Shown: positions 1 to 7,726 of the stretch, piece after piece
Layout of the letters: each line of letters opens with the position of its first letter
How positions within the stretch are numbered: the first letter of the stretch is position 1
NCBI GenBank assembly: GCA_044345055.1
Contig: JBIJBT010000080.1
Location: 1-12,127 of the forward strand
Source of the DNA: Bdellovibrionota bacterium
Lineage (GTDB): Bacteria; Bdellovibrionota_C; UBA2361; OMIW01
Direction: 5' to 3'
Length of the DNA: 12,127 nt
Notes under the pieces: generated by a model
Seen by the model: the letters and a program-made list of their open reading frames with translations, nothing else
The model's database searches: none
What the model was told of the DNA's origin: nothing
Made by a program: the position numbers and the translations under genes

Positions 1-1
1 C

Positions 2-283
2 GAGCGTCGGGCGTACGAGGCGTTCGAGGACCAGCTGCGGTGTTTGGTTGGAGAGGTCAAGCAGCACCTGTGGGAGGTGCAGTGGGCTGAGAGGGTAGGT
101 GTAGAGCGTGGGCGTCAGGAAGGGCGCGAGGAAGGGCGTCAGGAAGAGCGCCGCGAATTACTCCAACGCCTTGCAAGAAACCTATTAGCCAAAGGTCTCA
201 GCAAAGACGAGATCGCTGTTTCTGCGGGGGTCAGCCTCGAGGAGGTGGAGGCAATCCTCGACATAGCGAGCGGAGGAGATTGA
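2..283 (+). CDS. C-terminal part of an Rpn-family (PD-(D/E)XK nuclease / putative transposase) protein, 5' end outside the window
   Basis: The frame is open from base 2: ERRAYEAFEDQLR...GRQEGREEGRQEE...LARNLLAKGLSKDEIAVSAGVSLEEVEAI. The E-x-x-x-Y-E helix, G-R-x-E repeats and terminal HTH-like tail are typical of Rpn C-termini. The TTG at 44 in the ORF track is internal. Confidence 0.85.
   Translation, partial: ERRAYEAFEDQLRCLVGEVKQHLWEVQWAERVGVERGRQEGREEGRQEERRELLQRLARNLLAKGLSKDEIAVSAGVSLEEVEAILDIASGGD
110..145 (+). repeat. 12-bp coding tandem repeat x3 (GRQE/GREE)
   Basis: gggcgtcaggaa gggcgcgaggaa gggcgtcaggaa. Confidence 0.9.
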
Positions 284-446
284 CCTTGCGCGAAGGCTTT
301 TGGGACGGTGGAGTAAAGTGGAAGGTTATCGAATGCATAGACGCCCAAGTCTTTTTGGAGCAGTGAGACTCTTGTTTACGTTGTGGGTAAGCGCTGTTTT
401 TGGATTTTCTCAAGATAGTTGGAATTGTGATCGTTATGGATGACCT

Positions 447-959
447 ATGCTCGAATTGAGACTGCCGACATTAAGCGATGAGGGCACGTTTCGAGAGGCG
501 GTTGCCGAATTCAAGGCGAATGATCCTAATTTCACCTTTGCGTTCGAGTTTGATGAAAAAGCGGATTTCGGGATTTACTTGCAACGGTTACAGGGATGGG
601 TCGAGGGCAAAGACCTTGGAGATTTCGTCCCTAATACATTTCTTGTAGCCGTTGTTAGACACAAAATCGTAGGACGCGTTTCGCTCCGCCATGAGTTGAA
701 TGATTTTCTGCTGCGCCTGGGCGGACACATAGGCTACGGCGTTGTACCATCGGAAAGGCGAAAGGGGTACGCAACGGAGATGCTCCGCCAATCGTTAGCG
801 CTGGCTCGGAATCTTGGCATAACGGGCGTTCTATTGACTTGCGATGACGACAATGAAGGCTCAGCACGGACGATCGAAGCTCATTGTGGCATCTTAGAAA
901 ACAAAATTCTTCAACCTGGGATGTCTGTCGCCAAGAGGCGATATTGGATTGACCTATGA
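447..959 (+). CDS. GNAT family N-acetyltransferase
   Basis: 170 aa containing VGRVSLRHELNDFLLRLGGHIGYGVVPSERRKGYA (acetyl-CoA motif A) and LLTCDDDNEGSARTIE. Confidence 0.93.
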   Translation: MLELRLPTLSDEGTFREAVAEFKANDPNFTFAFEFDEKADFGIYLQRLQGWVEGKDLGDFVPNTFLVAVVRHKIVGRVSLRHELNDFLLRLGGHIGYGVVPSERRKGYATEMLRQSLALARNLGITGVLLTCDDDNEGSARTIEAHCGILENKILQPGMSVAKRRYWIDL

Positions 960-1215
960 TTCTCTGTGAGGAGAACGCGGTCCTATAATATTTCAGAGGT
1001 TAGGGCGAAAACAGCTTATTCCCCGATCGTCGGGAGTAGCTGGATTTGACGACCTCCAGCGGATTTATCATTCGCTTGCGCAGATAGCCAGCCGTGCGCC
1101 GCAACGATTCGTCGAAGCTCAGGGGCAAACGATCAATGGGTCATTAGCTTCCTTCTTCGAGGTAATACCCGATACCTCAAAAGAACGCTCGGTAGTCCCC
1201 GATATTGTCGGTGAT

Positions 1216-1701
1216 TTGCTTGTCAGCTGTCTCGAACGGTCACCGGAAAACAGCCGCTTATTGGTGGTGCAGTGTCGAGCGCTAGTCGATAAGGTCAGTC
1301 AATGTTGGCGCGAGCTTGCCGAGATCGTCATTCCTGCCGATGTTTCCTCCGTTGCGGAAACTGATCCAACCGCTGCGATACGCCGAGAGGCCGAAGAGCT
1401 ACTGAGACAAGTGAGAGAGCTTGGATCCGACCCTGCCGATAGTTTCAATCACGAGGCTCTGATTGAGCAGGTGACGAAAGTGGGAGGTTTTCTTCGGCTG
1501 CAGCTTGAGCCGTTATTTTTCGAAAATAGTGAGATAGACAAATCAAAAGCATCAGCCGAATTTTGGCAGGAAGCAGGCCGTATCGCGGGAAGGACCGATG
1601 TTAGCGAACTGACCGCAGCGGCTCAGATTCTCGAGCGAGATCTCGCTATGTTCGTCCGGATGTTGGACGTCCTCGAGAGAATCGATCCGCAAGGACGGTG
1701 A
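1216..1701 (+). CDS. Hypothetical helical protein, start uncertain
   Basis: 161-aa ORF from TTG with protein-like composition. The same frame is stop-free back to 970. No family recognised. Confidence 0.6.
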   Translation: MLVSCLERSPENSRLLVVQCRALVDKVSQCWRELAEIVIPADVSSVAETDPTAAIRREAEELLRQVRELGSDPADSFNHEALIEQVTKVGGFLRLQLEPLFFENSEIDKSKASAEFWQEAGRIAGRTDVSELTAAAQILERDLAMFVRMLDVLERIDPQGR

Positions 1702-1722
1702 AAGCAACGAATTTTTGCAACA

Positions 1723-1749
1723 ACCTCTTCATCTCAGAGACATGAAGAT
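1723..1749. repeat. 27-bp intergenic dyad, copy A
   Basis: acctcttc-at-ctc-a-gag-ac-atgaagat; 17/22 defined consensus positions; lies between convergent genes. Confidence 0.7.
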
Positions 1750-1791
1750 CTCTGGTCTCTACCAGTGCTGCTTAGACCAAAGAACTTTACT

Positions 1792-2628
1792 CTACCCCTC
1801 AATCTCCCTCAGTCTTGCAACCTCGATTTGTTGATCCTCAACGCTCAATTTGTTCCAGAGATACCAGTAGCGCGATGTTTGAATGGTAATTACTGTGTTG
1901 ATGATGAGCGAGATCCCCATTGTTAGATAGGGGAGAAGTCTATTGGTGCCGCTTTCATACTCGTTGATCAGCGTGAAGATTAAAAAGATCTCTATAAGCA
2001 GCGGGATAAGAATTGAGAAATCCCTTCCTGAGACAACGCCGACCACTTTATTGCGCACAATCTGTCTTATCCAAGCAAGCGCGACATAAATCCAAATTAT
2101 CGATACAAAAGTCGAAATGGCAGCCTGTGTCACCGGAGATTTGATAATGTTTGCTGGAAGAAATGGAACGCCTCCCAGGACAAAGAGCGAAATGAAAAAG
2201 GATGGGAGGCAATACGTGAGTATCGTATCTCTTCTTTTTATCGCACTTAAAGAGGGGCTCGATAGTAAAATTTGAAGAAAAATAAACTGATCAAACCACA
2301 ATCCCGCAAAACGGGTGATTAAATAGACTGGGTCACCGGTCGTCCATGTAAACAAAATCCATCCCACATTTTCAAGCCAGTTACTGATGAAAAGATGTGG
2401 GTTTAGCTGTCCGTGAGCTCGGCCAGAGCGGTGATTAATGAGTATCTGACTTCCCACAGCGACGACAACCAGTACCCAGCAGGAATACATCGAGGCAAAG
2501 GCGGAGCTGTTGCTGAATGGTGCCCCATAAACAGTGGAACAAACAGCCATACAGATTAGAAAAATCACTCCGCAAACTATAGAAAAGGGGAGGACCTTTT
2601 TAAGGACTTGGCGATAGTTTAGATCCAT
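1792..2628 (-). CDS. Multi-pass membrane protein of unknown function, possibly PQ-loop-like
   Basis: 278 aa from ATG with about 7-8 hydrophobic segments; AT-richer than its neighbours. Confidence 0.8.
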   Translation of the reverse strand: MDLNYRQVLKKVLPFSIVCGVIFLICMAVCSTVYGAPFSNSSAFASMYSCWVLVVVAVGSQILINHRSGRAHGQLNPHLFISNWLENVGWILFTWTTGDPVYLITRFAGLWFDQFIFLQILLSSPSLSAIKRRDTILTYCLPSFFISLFVLGGVPFLPANIIKSPVTQAAISTFVSIIWIYVALAWIRQIVRNKVVGVVSGRDFSILIPLLIEIFLIFTLINEYESGTNRLLPYLTMGISLIINTVITIQTSRYWYLWNKLSVEDQQIEVARLREIEG

Positions 2629-2900
2629 TGTTGTAATCCTGGTGATGCCGGATAAATAGGGTGAAGTCTGAGATCGCTCGCAATCTTGGACTTTTTGGGT
2701 TTCTCTCCATAATGTCGGCGTCGGATCTCGGCTTCATTCGTCCTGTTTATCAAGGAGATCATTTCCTGGTCGTAAGCCGACAGAAATAATCTTACGAAAC
2801 CATCTACTAATTCGTCCGCCGAGAATTTATCCTTCTTGGGAAAAGAGAGGGGGCAGCTTGGAGATCCATTCATCCGGCAGTTGCCCCTTGACGTCGTCAA
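2619..2900 (-). CDS. Hypothetical ORF, probably the frameshifted 3' part of the gene starting at 3580
   Basis: 93-aa ORF whose stop overlaps the start of the membrane protein. The part from FPKKDKFSADELVDGFVRLFL onward looks protein-like. Confidence 0.45.
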   Translation of the reverse strand: MTTSRGNCRMNGSPSCPLSFPKKDKFSADELVDGFVRLFLSAYDQEMISLINRTNEAEIRRRHYGEKPKKSKIASDLRLHPIYPASPGLQQWI

Positions 2901-2986
2901 AGAGCTTTCTGCAGCGCTTCGCTAGCTCGGGATTATCGTCGAGCACCTTTACGTGGGGCCAATTTATAAACTGGATGCAGAGCTCC

Positions 2987-3580
2987 TCAGACGCGAGCTA
3001 TTAGATCGCCGGTGACCTCGGCCTGTACATTCTGAAGTATGCTGCTGCCGAAATTTTGAAGCTGAACCATTCCATTCCAAATGTCATAGGTCAGGCTGCG
3101 CTGTCTTTCCCACGGAAGTTCCTCCTTGGCGGAAAGCTCGCCCATGGCATGTCCAGCATTAATGCCGCATTGCTCCCTTGTCATGTCTCCGTGAAACGTC
3201 CCCGAATCCACGTAGGGCGCCTCGCCGCGCACCCCGCGCTCGACGCTCTTGGAGAAATCCTCGATGGTATACACTTCGAGCCGGGTTTCCTTGATCCGCT
3301 CCTTAAGCTCCTCCACCTGAGTTGGGGTCAGGAATAGGATTATCGACCGGTCGATCCCTCCTGCATCCTCGCGTAATCCGTGCTCGCCGAACCACTCCTT
3401 GGCTCTCTGTTGAACCTCAGTGACAGCCTGCCAGGCTCCTTGCCGAAATGGGGCGAAGATCATGCAGGGTATTGCCTCTTCGCGGCTGAAGCATGCCGGC
3501 AGCGCGAAGTCGTTAAGGATCGTGTTGCTTTGAGACGGAAGCTGGGGGGCGGGATCTGGATGTGATGCGGCTGGGGACAT
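2987..3580 (-). CDS. Hypothetical protein, possibly the 5' part of a frameshifted longer gene
   Basis: 197-aa ORF from ATG with normal globular composition. No family recognised with confidence. Confidence 0.7.
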   Translation of the reverse strand: MSPAASHPDPAPQLPSQSNTILNDFALPACFSREEAIPCMIFAPFRQGAWQAVTEVQQRAKEWFGEHGLREDAGGIDRSIILFLTPTQVEELKERIKETRLEVYTIEDFSKSVERGVRGEAPYVDSGTFHGDMTREQCGINAGHAMGELSAKEELPWERQRSLTYDIWNGMVQLQNFGSSILQNVQAEVTGDLIARV

Positions 3581-3684
3581 CTGAAAATCCTAAAGGTGTT
3601 GGGCAAAACTGCCCGGAGCCTAACAAAGGAGCTGATCGCCTTCAAGTCTAAATCAGCTGGACCCTCCAAACTCTTTAGCTCCGG

Positions 3685-3711
3685 ACCTCTACGCCTCTGA
3701 GCAAAGGAGGC
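3685..3711. repeat. 27-bp intergenic dyad, copy B
   Basis: acctctac-gc-ctc-t-gag-ca-aaggaggc; 18/22; 13 bp beyond the nucleotidyltransferase stop. Confidence 0.8.
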
Positions 3712-3724
3712 TGGTGGCACGTCT

Positions 3725-4567
3725 TCAATTATTTTGACCTCCAGAAGATTCTACCCAGCGAAGCCACACATGTTCCAAACCCATTTCACGAAGTTCAACC
3801 TCCAGATAGCGCAACACGGTTTCCTCAAGTTCCTTCGGATATGAGAATCCATGCCGCTCAGCGATAATTAAACCGTGCTTGCGGACCAGACTCGCCAGCG
3901 CTAGAGTGGCGTGCACGAGACTTACCAGATTGAGCCCTTCCAACTGCAACGCAGCTTCCACTTCGGCGCGATGCTCTGGACCGAGGTAAGGATTTAGCAC
4001 CTTCTTCCCCCTCTCTCGCTGTTGCCCATAGCCGGTAATCATCAAATCGGTGACAATCTGCAACTCAACCGCAAGACCAGAAAAGCATACCAGGTACTCC
4101 TGTCGACCGATTACCGCTGGAGTCAGCGACATGCATCGCCAAAACTCCTCGATCTGTTCGTGCAACCATTTCGCTATCTCGGTGTGTTCTTCAGTGTCGC
4201 ATCCTTCTTTTGCACAAGGCGAAAGCTGTAAATTGCGATCCCACAACACGGCCACCTCACCATCAAAAAGCTTAGGGATCGTGTCGTGGAGCCAAATATC
4301 AATGCGCATTCCAGAGTCGGTCAACGCGTTGATCATCCTTCCCTCAAACCTCATCCCGTAGAGCACCAACGGAGCCAGCTCTTCAAGCCACTCTCTTGCC
4401 CTCAAGCGAAAAGACTCAGTGTCTTCAACAAGCAAATGAAGGTCGATATCAGAGTAACGGTCTGCTTGATCACGACCGAAACTGCCACTCAACCAGCCGG
4501 CAAGGATTTGTGGAGAATTTGCAAGTTTTGTCTTCAATACTTGGAGGAATTGATTTTGTATCAGCAC
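3725..4567 (-). CDS. Nucleotidyltransferase domain protein (Pol-beta superfamily, aminoglycoside/lincosamide adenylyltransferase-like architecture)
   Basis: WLSGSFGRDQADRYSDIDL (GS...DxD), third acidic residue in RIDI, helical C-terminal domain. Likely start is GTG 4567 (280 aa). The ORF-track start at 4657 lies inside the duplicated leader. Confidence 0.85.
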   Translation of the reverse strand: MLIQNQFLQVLKTKLANSPQILAGWLSGSFGRDQADRYSDIDLHLLVEDTESFRLRAREWLEELAPLVLYGMRFEGRMINALTDSGMRIDIWLHDTIPKLFDGEVAVLWDRNLQLSPCAKEGCDTEEHTEIAKWLHEQIEEFWRCMSLTPAVIGRQEYLVCFSGLAVELQIVTDLMITGYGQQRERGKKVLNPYLGPEHRAEVEAALQLEGLNLVSLVHATLALASLVRKHGLIIAERHGFSYPKELEETVLRYLEVELREMGLEHVWLRWVESSGGQNN

Positions 4568-4595
4568 GATCGACCGTTCTTGATGTAAGTTCGGA

Positions 4596-4689
4596 GTCGA
4601 GGTAGGTCTACAAAAATGTCGACCTACCTCGACAAGTCGGGGTGGGGAGAGTATCACGATTTCTTGGGTGGCGGGAGTGCCGAAAGCTC
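4596..4689. repeat. ~95-bp duplicated leader element, copy 1, with 13-bp perfect inverted repeat
   Basis: 4596-4635 is identical to 6874-6913 (40/40) and 4648-4689 matches 6929-6970 (41/42). Inverted repeat GTCGAGGTAGGTC (4596-4608) / GACCTACCTCGAC (4621-4633). Confidence 0.97.
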
Positions 4690-4736
4690 CTACTCTTCCG
4701 AGGGGCAGGGACTATATTTTTGCGCAACAACTCCCT

Positions 4737-4763
4737 ACCTCTATGTCTCTAAGGTATAGAGCG
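4737..4763. repeat. 27-bp intergenic dyad, copy C
   Basis: acctctat-gt-ctc-t-aag-gt-atagagcg; 19/22; 4740-4767 matches 11086-11113 at 24/28. Confidence 0.85.
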
Positions 4764-4802
4764 AGTGGGTCTTAACGCATTTATCGAAGAGAGACTTAAA
4801 GG

Positions 4803-5543
4803 ATGAAGTTAGATTTAAAATCCTCGACTATATCGCATCTCGAATCCTGGTGGAGAGCTTTTCTAGGCGTGGCACCTAGCTGCGAGCTGTCTATTGAATC
4901 TCCTGTTGTCGTCTCACATCCTGGTTTACCGAACCTTGGCGACTGGAACGGTCTTTACATACTTGCCCTCAATCGCGGTGTTATTATTTCCTCTCCCGAA
5001 CCGTTGAAAAAAGAAGTAGCACGTCGTCTAAGTATTGCGGGTTCTCATTTTACTTTCGAGACAGTTGTTGAACATCTAGCGGATATGGGTCAGATAGTTG
5101 GTCCAGCTTTTATAGGATACAGGGACTCTGAACTTTCTTTTAATCATCAGGAAGTTTTATTTATCCCACTCGATCAATCTGATACACAGTATCAGCTATT
5201 TAGAGACGAGTGCACCTCAGACGAGTGGAACGAAGCAGGTCTTGCTGAAAAACTTAGAGTAATCGGTGTTTTCTATAACGGTAGACTAGGTGCTTTGGCG
5301 GGTTATGAGAGGTTTGAAAAACCTGACAGCAGATTAGCTCAAATCGGAGTGATCGTTCATCCATCAATGCGTGGTCAAGGATTGGGTGAAGCAGCTGGTA
5401 AGTCTCTGGTCAACATTATTCTCAACGAAGGATTGATCCCGCAATATCGGGCACTTCGAAGTAATAGTGCTTCTATGCGGTTATCAGCGAAGCTAGGGTT
5501 TCAACACTTCGCCGATCAGGGAGCTATTAGGTTATGCAACTGA
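4803..5543 (+). CDS. GNAT family N-acetyltransferase (C-terminal GNAT domain)
   Basis: 246 aa with IGVIVHPSMRGQGLG (motif A) and YRALRSNSASMRLSAKLGF; AT-richer codon usage than the adjacent ATPase. Confidence 0.92.
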   Translation: MKLDLKSSTISHLESWWRAFLGVAPSCELSIESPVVVSHPGLPNLGDWNGLYILALNRGVIISSPEPLKKEVARRLSIAGSHFTFETVVEHLADMGQIVGPAFIGYRDSELSFNHQEVLFIPLDQSDTQYQLFRDECTSDEWNEAGLAEKLRVIGVFYNGRLGALAGYERFEKPDSRLAQIGVIVHPSMRGQGLGEAAGKSLVNIILNEGLIPQYRALRSNSASMRLSAKLGFQHFADQGAIRLCN

Positions 5544-5619
5544 GGTCAGCAGACTCATTCGGTAAACATGAGTCGAGTTGATAAGCTATGTTCCTATGAT
5601 CCTATCGATTAAAACCTTT

Positions 5620-5646
5620 CCCTCTATTTCTCAAAGCCAGAGAGCT
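5620..5646. repeat. 27-bp intergenic dyad, copy D
   Basis: ccctctat-tt-ctc-a-aag-cc-agagagct; 18/22; between the convergent GNAT and ATPase genes. Confidence 0.78.
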
Positions 5647-5684
5647 CGATTGAAAGCAGCTCCTTGTGTAGGCCCAAAAACAAT

Positions 5685-6836
5685 TCACTCCCCCAAGATA
5701 AACCCCCTCACATCGCGACAAAATAAGTCGTACTGTTCAGGTGTTATAGTGACTGTTCGTGCAGAGGGGAATGCGCGTTTGAATGCGACGAGGCCGTGGG
5801 GGGAGCGGCGGCGGCCGGACTTGACCTCGATTGCGATGATGTGGCGGCCGAGTCGGTACACATAATCGACTTCGTCGTTGTCGACTCGCCAATATGACAA
5901 CTCGCCCGGAAGACGGGCCAGATCGAGACCAACGGCGAGTTCAAACAGTCGGCCCCGCAGGCTGTCGGTGAGCGTTACCTCCGCACGAGCAAAGGTGCAG
6001 AGCGCAGGTGCGAGGGGGAGAATCTTGGGGCTCGAGGACCGTTTCTGAATCGGATTTGTTGTGAATTTGGGGAGCGTTTTTATCAGGAAGGCACCTTCGA
6101 GAAGCTCTATATAGTGCTTCACCGTTTCGATAGTTCCGGGATCTTGGAGTTGTCCCACCAGTTTGCGCAGGCTGATCTCGGCGGCGGGATAACTACACAG
6201 AAGCTCAAACACTTGCCGAAAGAGGGCGGGGCGGGTCACCCGTCTGAGTTGCGAGATGTCTTTATCGAGCACTGTTTCGATGATGGAGGATCTCATATAC
6301 GAGAGCCATCGATCGGGATCCTCTCGGAAAGCTAGTGCTCCGGGGTAGCCACCATACGTGAGATATTGGTCGAGAGTAAGACCAAAACCCTCGACACATT
6401 CGCGATAGTTCCAGTGATAGGCGCGCAGTAGCTCGAATCGGCCGGTCAAACTTTCAGAGAGCCCAGACTGCAGAAGGAGTGAGCTTGAACCGAGGAGCAC
6501 AACCTTGATTCGGTGTGCCGCTCGCCGCTGTTTATCCCAGCACTTTTTTATAATCTCGGACCAGTTCTCTACCTTTTGGATCTCATCAAGAACGAGGACG
6601 GTGTCGGGACCCTTCGCGCTTGCCTCCTGCCACTGACGTTCAATCCAGCTCCAGTCAGATCGAAAAACGGCATCCGCAGAGGCATAGTGTCGTGGGGTGG
6701 CGGTCGGAAGTCGACTGAGCAGCTGCTCGACCGCTGTTGTTTTGCCAACCTGCCGCGGTCCGAGTAGCACCTGAATAAGAGGACTCGGAGCGCTTAGCCG
6801 TTGTTCAAGGGATGGGATAATGTCGCGTAATATCAT
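5685..6836 (-). CDS. ATP-binding protein, AAA_14 plus DUF4143-type with C-terminal PD-(D/E)XK-like domain
   Basis: Walker A GPRQVGKTT, Walker B LVLDEIQ, LLGSSS, ESLTGR, YGGYP, and C-terminal EVDYV...IAIEVKSG. Likely start is ATG 6836 (383 aa). The ORF-track start at 6938 lies inside the duplicated leader. Confidence 0.92.
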   Translation of the reverse strand: MILRDIIPSLEQRLSAPSPLIQVLLGPRQVGKTTAVEQLLSRLPTATPRHYASADAVFRSDWSWIERQWQEASAKGPDTVLVLDEIQKVENWSEIIKKCWDKQRRAAHRIKVVLLGSSSLLLQSGLSESLTGRFELLRAYHWNYRECVEGFGLTLDQYLTYGGYPGALAFREDPDRWLSYMRSSIIETVLDKDISQLRRVTRPALFRQVFELLCSYPAAEISLRKLVGQLQDPGTIETVKHYIELLEGAFLIKTLPKFTTNPIQKRSSSPKILPLAPALCTFARAEVTLTDSLRGRLFELAVGLDLARLPGELSYWRVDNDEVDYVYRLGRHIIAIEVKSGRRRSPHGLVAFKRAFPSARTVTITPEQYDLFCRDVRGFILGE

Positions 6837-6870
6837 ATTGTTAGCTGCTATTTGGCGCGAGTTGAGAGAT

Positions 6871-6970
6871 TTTGTCGAGGTAGGTCTACAAAAATGTCGA
6901 CCTACCTCGACAAATGGGAGTAGGAGGCAGAGTATCACGATTTCTTGGGTGGCGGGAGTGCCGGAAGCTC
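6871..6970. repeat. ~95-bp duplicated leader element, copy 2, with 16-bp perfect inverted repeat
   Basis: TTTGTCGAGGTAGGTC (6871-6886) / GACCTACCTCGACAAA (6899-6914); direct repeat of 4596-4689. Confidence 0.97.
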
Positions 6971-6992
6971 TTCAGCCTAAAGGTATAGAGGC
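6966..6992. repeat. 27-bp intergenic dyad, copy E
   Basis: agctcttc-ag-cct-a-aag-gt-atagaggc; 15/22; overlaps the end of leader copy 2. Confidence 0.65.
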
Positions 6993-7062
6993 TCTGGGTA
7001 CAGGCCCAAACATAGAGATCAAAGATGACAAAATATTAACCCAAATAATTTCACCGAGCAGC

Positions 7063-7089
7063 GAACTTATTTCTGACACGTGAGTCTAA
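7063..7089 (+). promoter_or_regulatory. Putative autoregulatory ECF (RpoE/AlgU-type) promoter
   Basis: GAACTT (7063-7068), 16-bp spacer, TCTAA (7085-7089), directly upstream of the ECF sigma gene. Confidence 0.75.
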
Positions 7090-7119
7090 TCAAGAGAACC
7101 CCTTCAAGGGTTACTTTTT

Positions 7120-7716
7120 TTGGTTAGGCTTACGATGACCCGGATTGCCCCCCCTTTTTCTAATATGTTGGCCTCGGTTGCAGATGAGGTGATTTGCCGT
7201 CGGATCGTTTTGGGAGAGCGGGAGCTGTTTGCTGAGCTTGTCTCTCGATATCAGGGGGCGATCTTTCGGCTTTGTTTGCGGGCGATGGGAAACCATCACG
7301 ATGCAGAAGAGGTTACGCAGGAGGTTTTTCTAAGGGCGTTTCGGGGGTTGAAGCACTTTAATGGGAGCGCCCGTTTTTCGACGTGGCTGACGAGGATCGC
7401 GCTCAATCAAATAAGTTCAGTATTCGGATCGAAACAGAGTCGCATTCAGCGGCGGTGCGATCTTTTTGACAGTGAGCAGCATGGGGGCGCAGCTACTAGT
7501 GAGGAGATTGAGAGTGGCGCGATGGCGGAGCGGATGGTGGTGGGAATTCGGCAGCTCAAGCCGATGCTTCGCGATGTGATCATCCTGTGTGGTTTCGAGG
7601 GGCGACCGTATGAAGAGGTTGCGCAGCTAATGGGTATTCCGGTGGGAACTGTTCGCTCGCGGCTGAATGCGGCGCGGATCGAGCTAAGAAAAATCATCGA
7701 TGCAGAGCTGAGTTAG
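7120..7716 (+). CDS. ECF RNA polymerase sigma factor (sigma-70 group 4)
   Basis: Region 2 DAEEVTQEVFLRAFRGLKHFNGSARFSTWLTRIALN and region 4 YEEVAQLMGIPVGTVRSRLNAAR. The start may be ATG 7135 or 7165 rather than TTG 7120. Confidence 0.95.
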   Translation: MVRLTMTRIAPPFSNMLASVADEVICRRIVLGERELFAELVSRYQGAIFRLCLRAMGNHHDAEEVTQEVFLRAFRGLKHFNGSARFSTWLTRIALNQISSVFGSKQSRIQRRCDLFDSEQHGGAATSEEIESGAMAERMVVGIRQLKPMLRDVIILCGFEGRPYEEVAQLMGIPVGTVRSRLNAARIELRKIIDAELS

Positions 7717-7726
7717 TGAGAGCGTT

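Noticed and set aside
4565..4592. Second ECF promoter upstream of the nucleotidyltransferase (GAACTT on the minus strand, 4592-4587)
   Set aside because: There is no TCTAA-like -10 at 16-17 bp, and the position would collide with the start codon.
6820..7083. 87-aa plus-strand ORF
   Set aside because: It is composed of the leader repeat, dyad E and the ECF promoter and overlaps the ATPase start.
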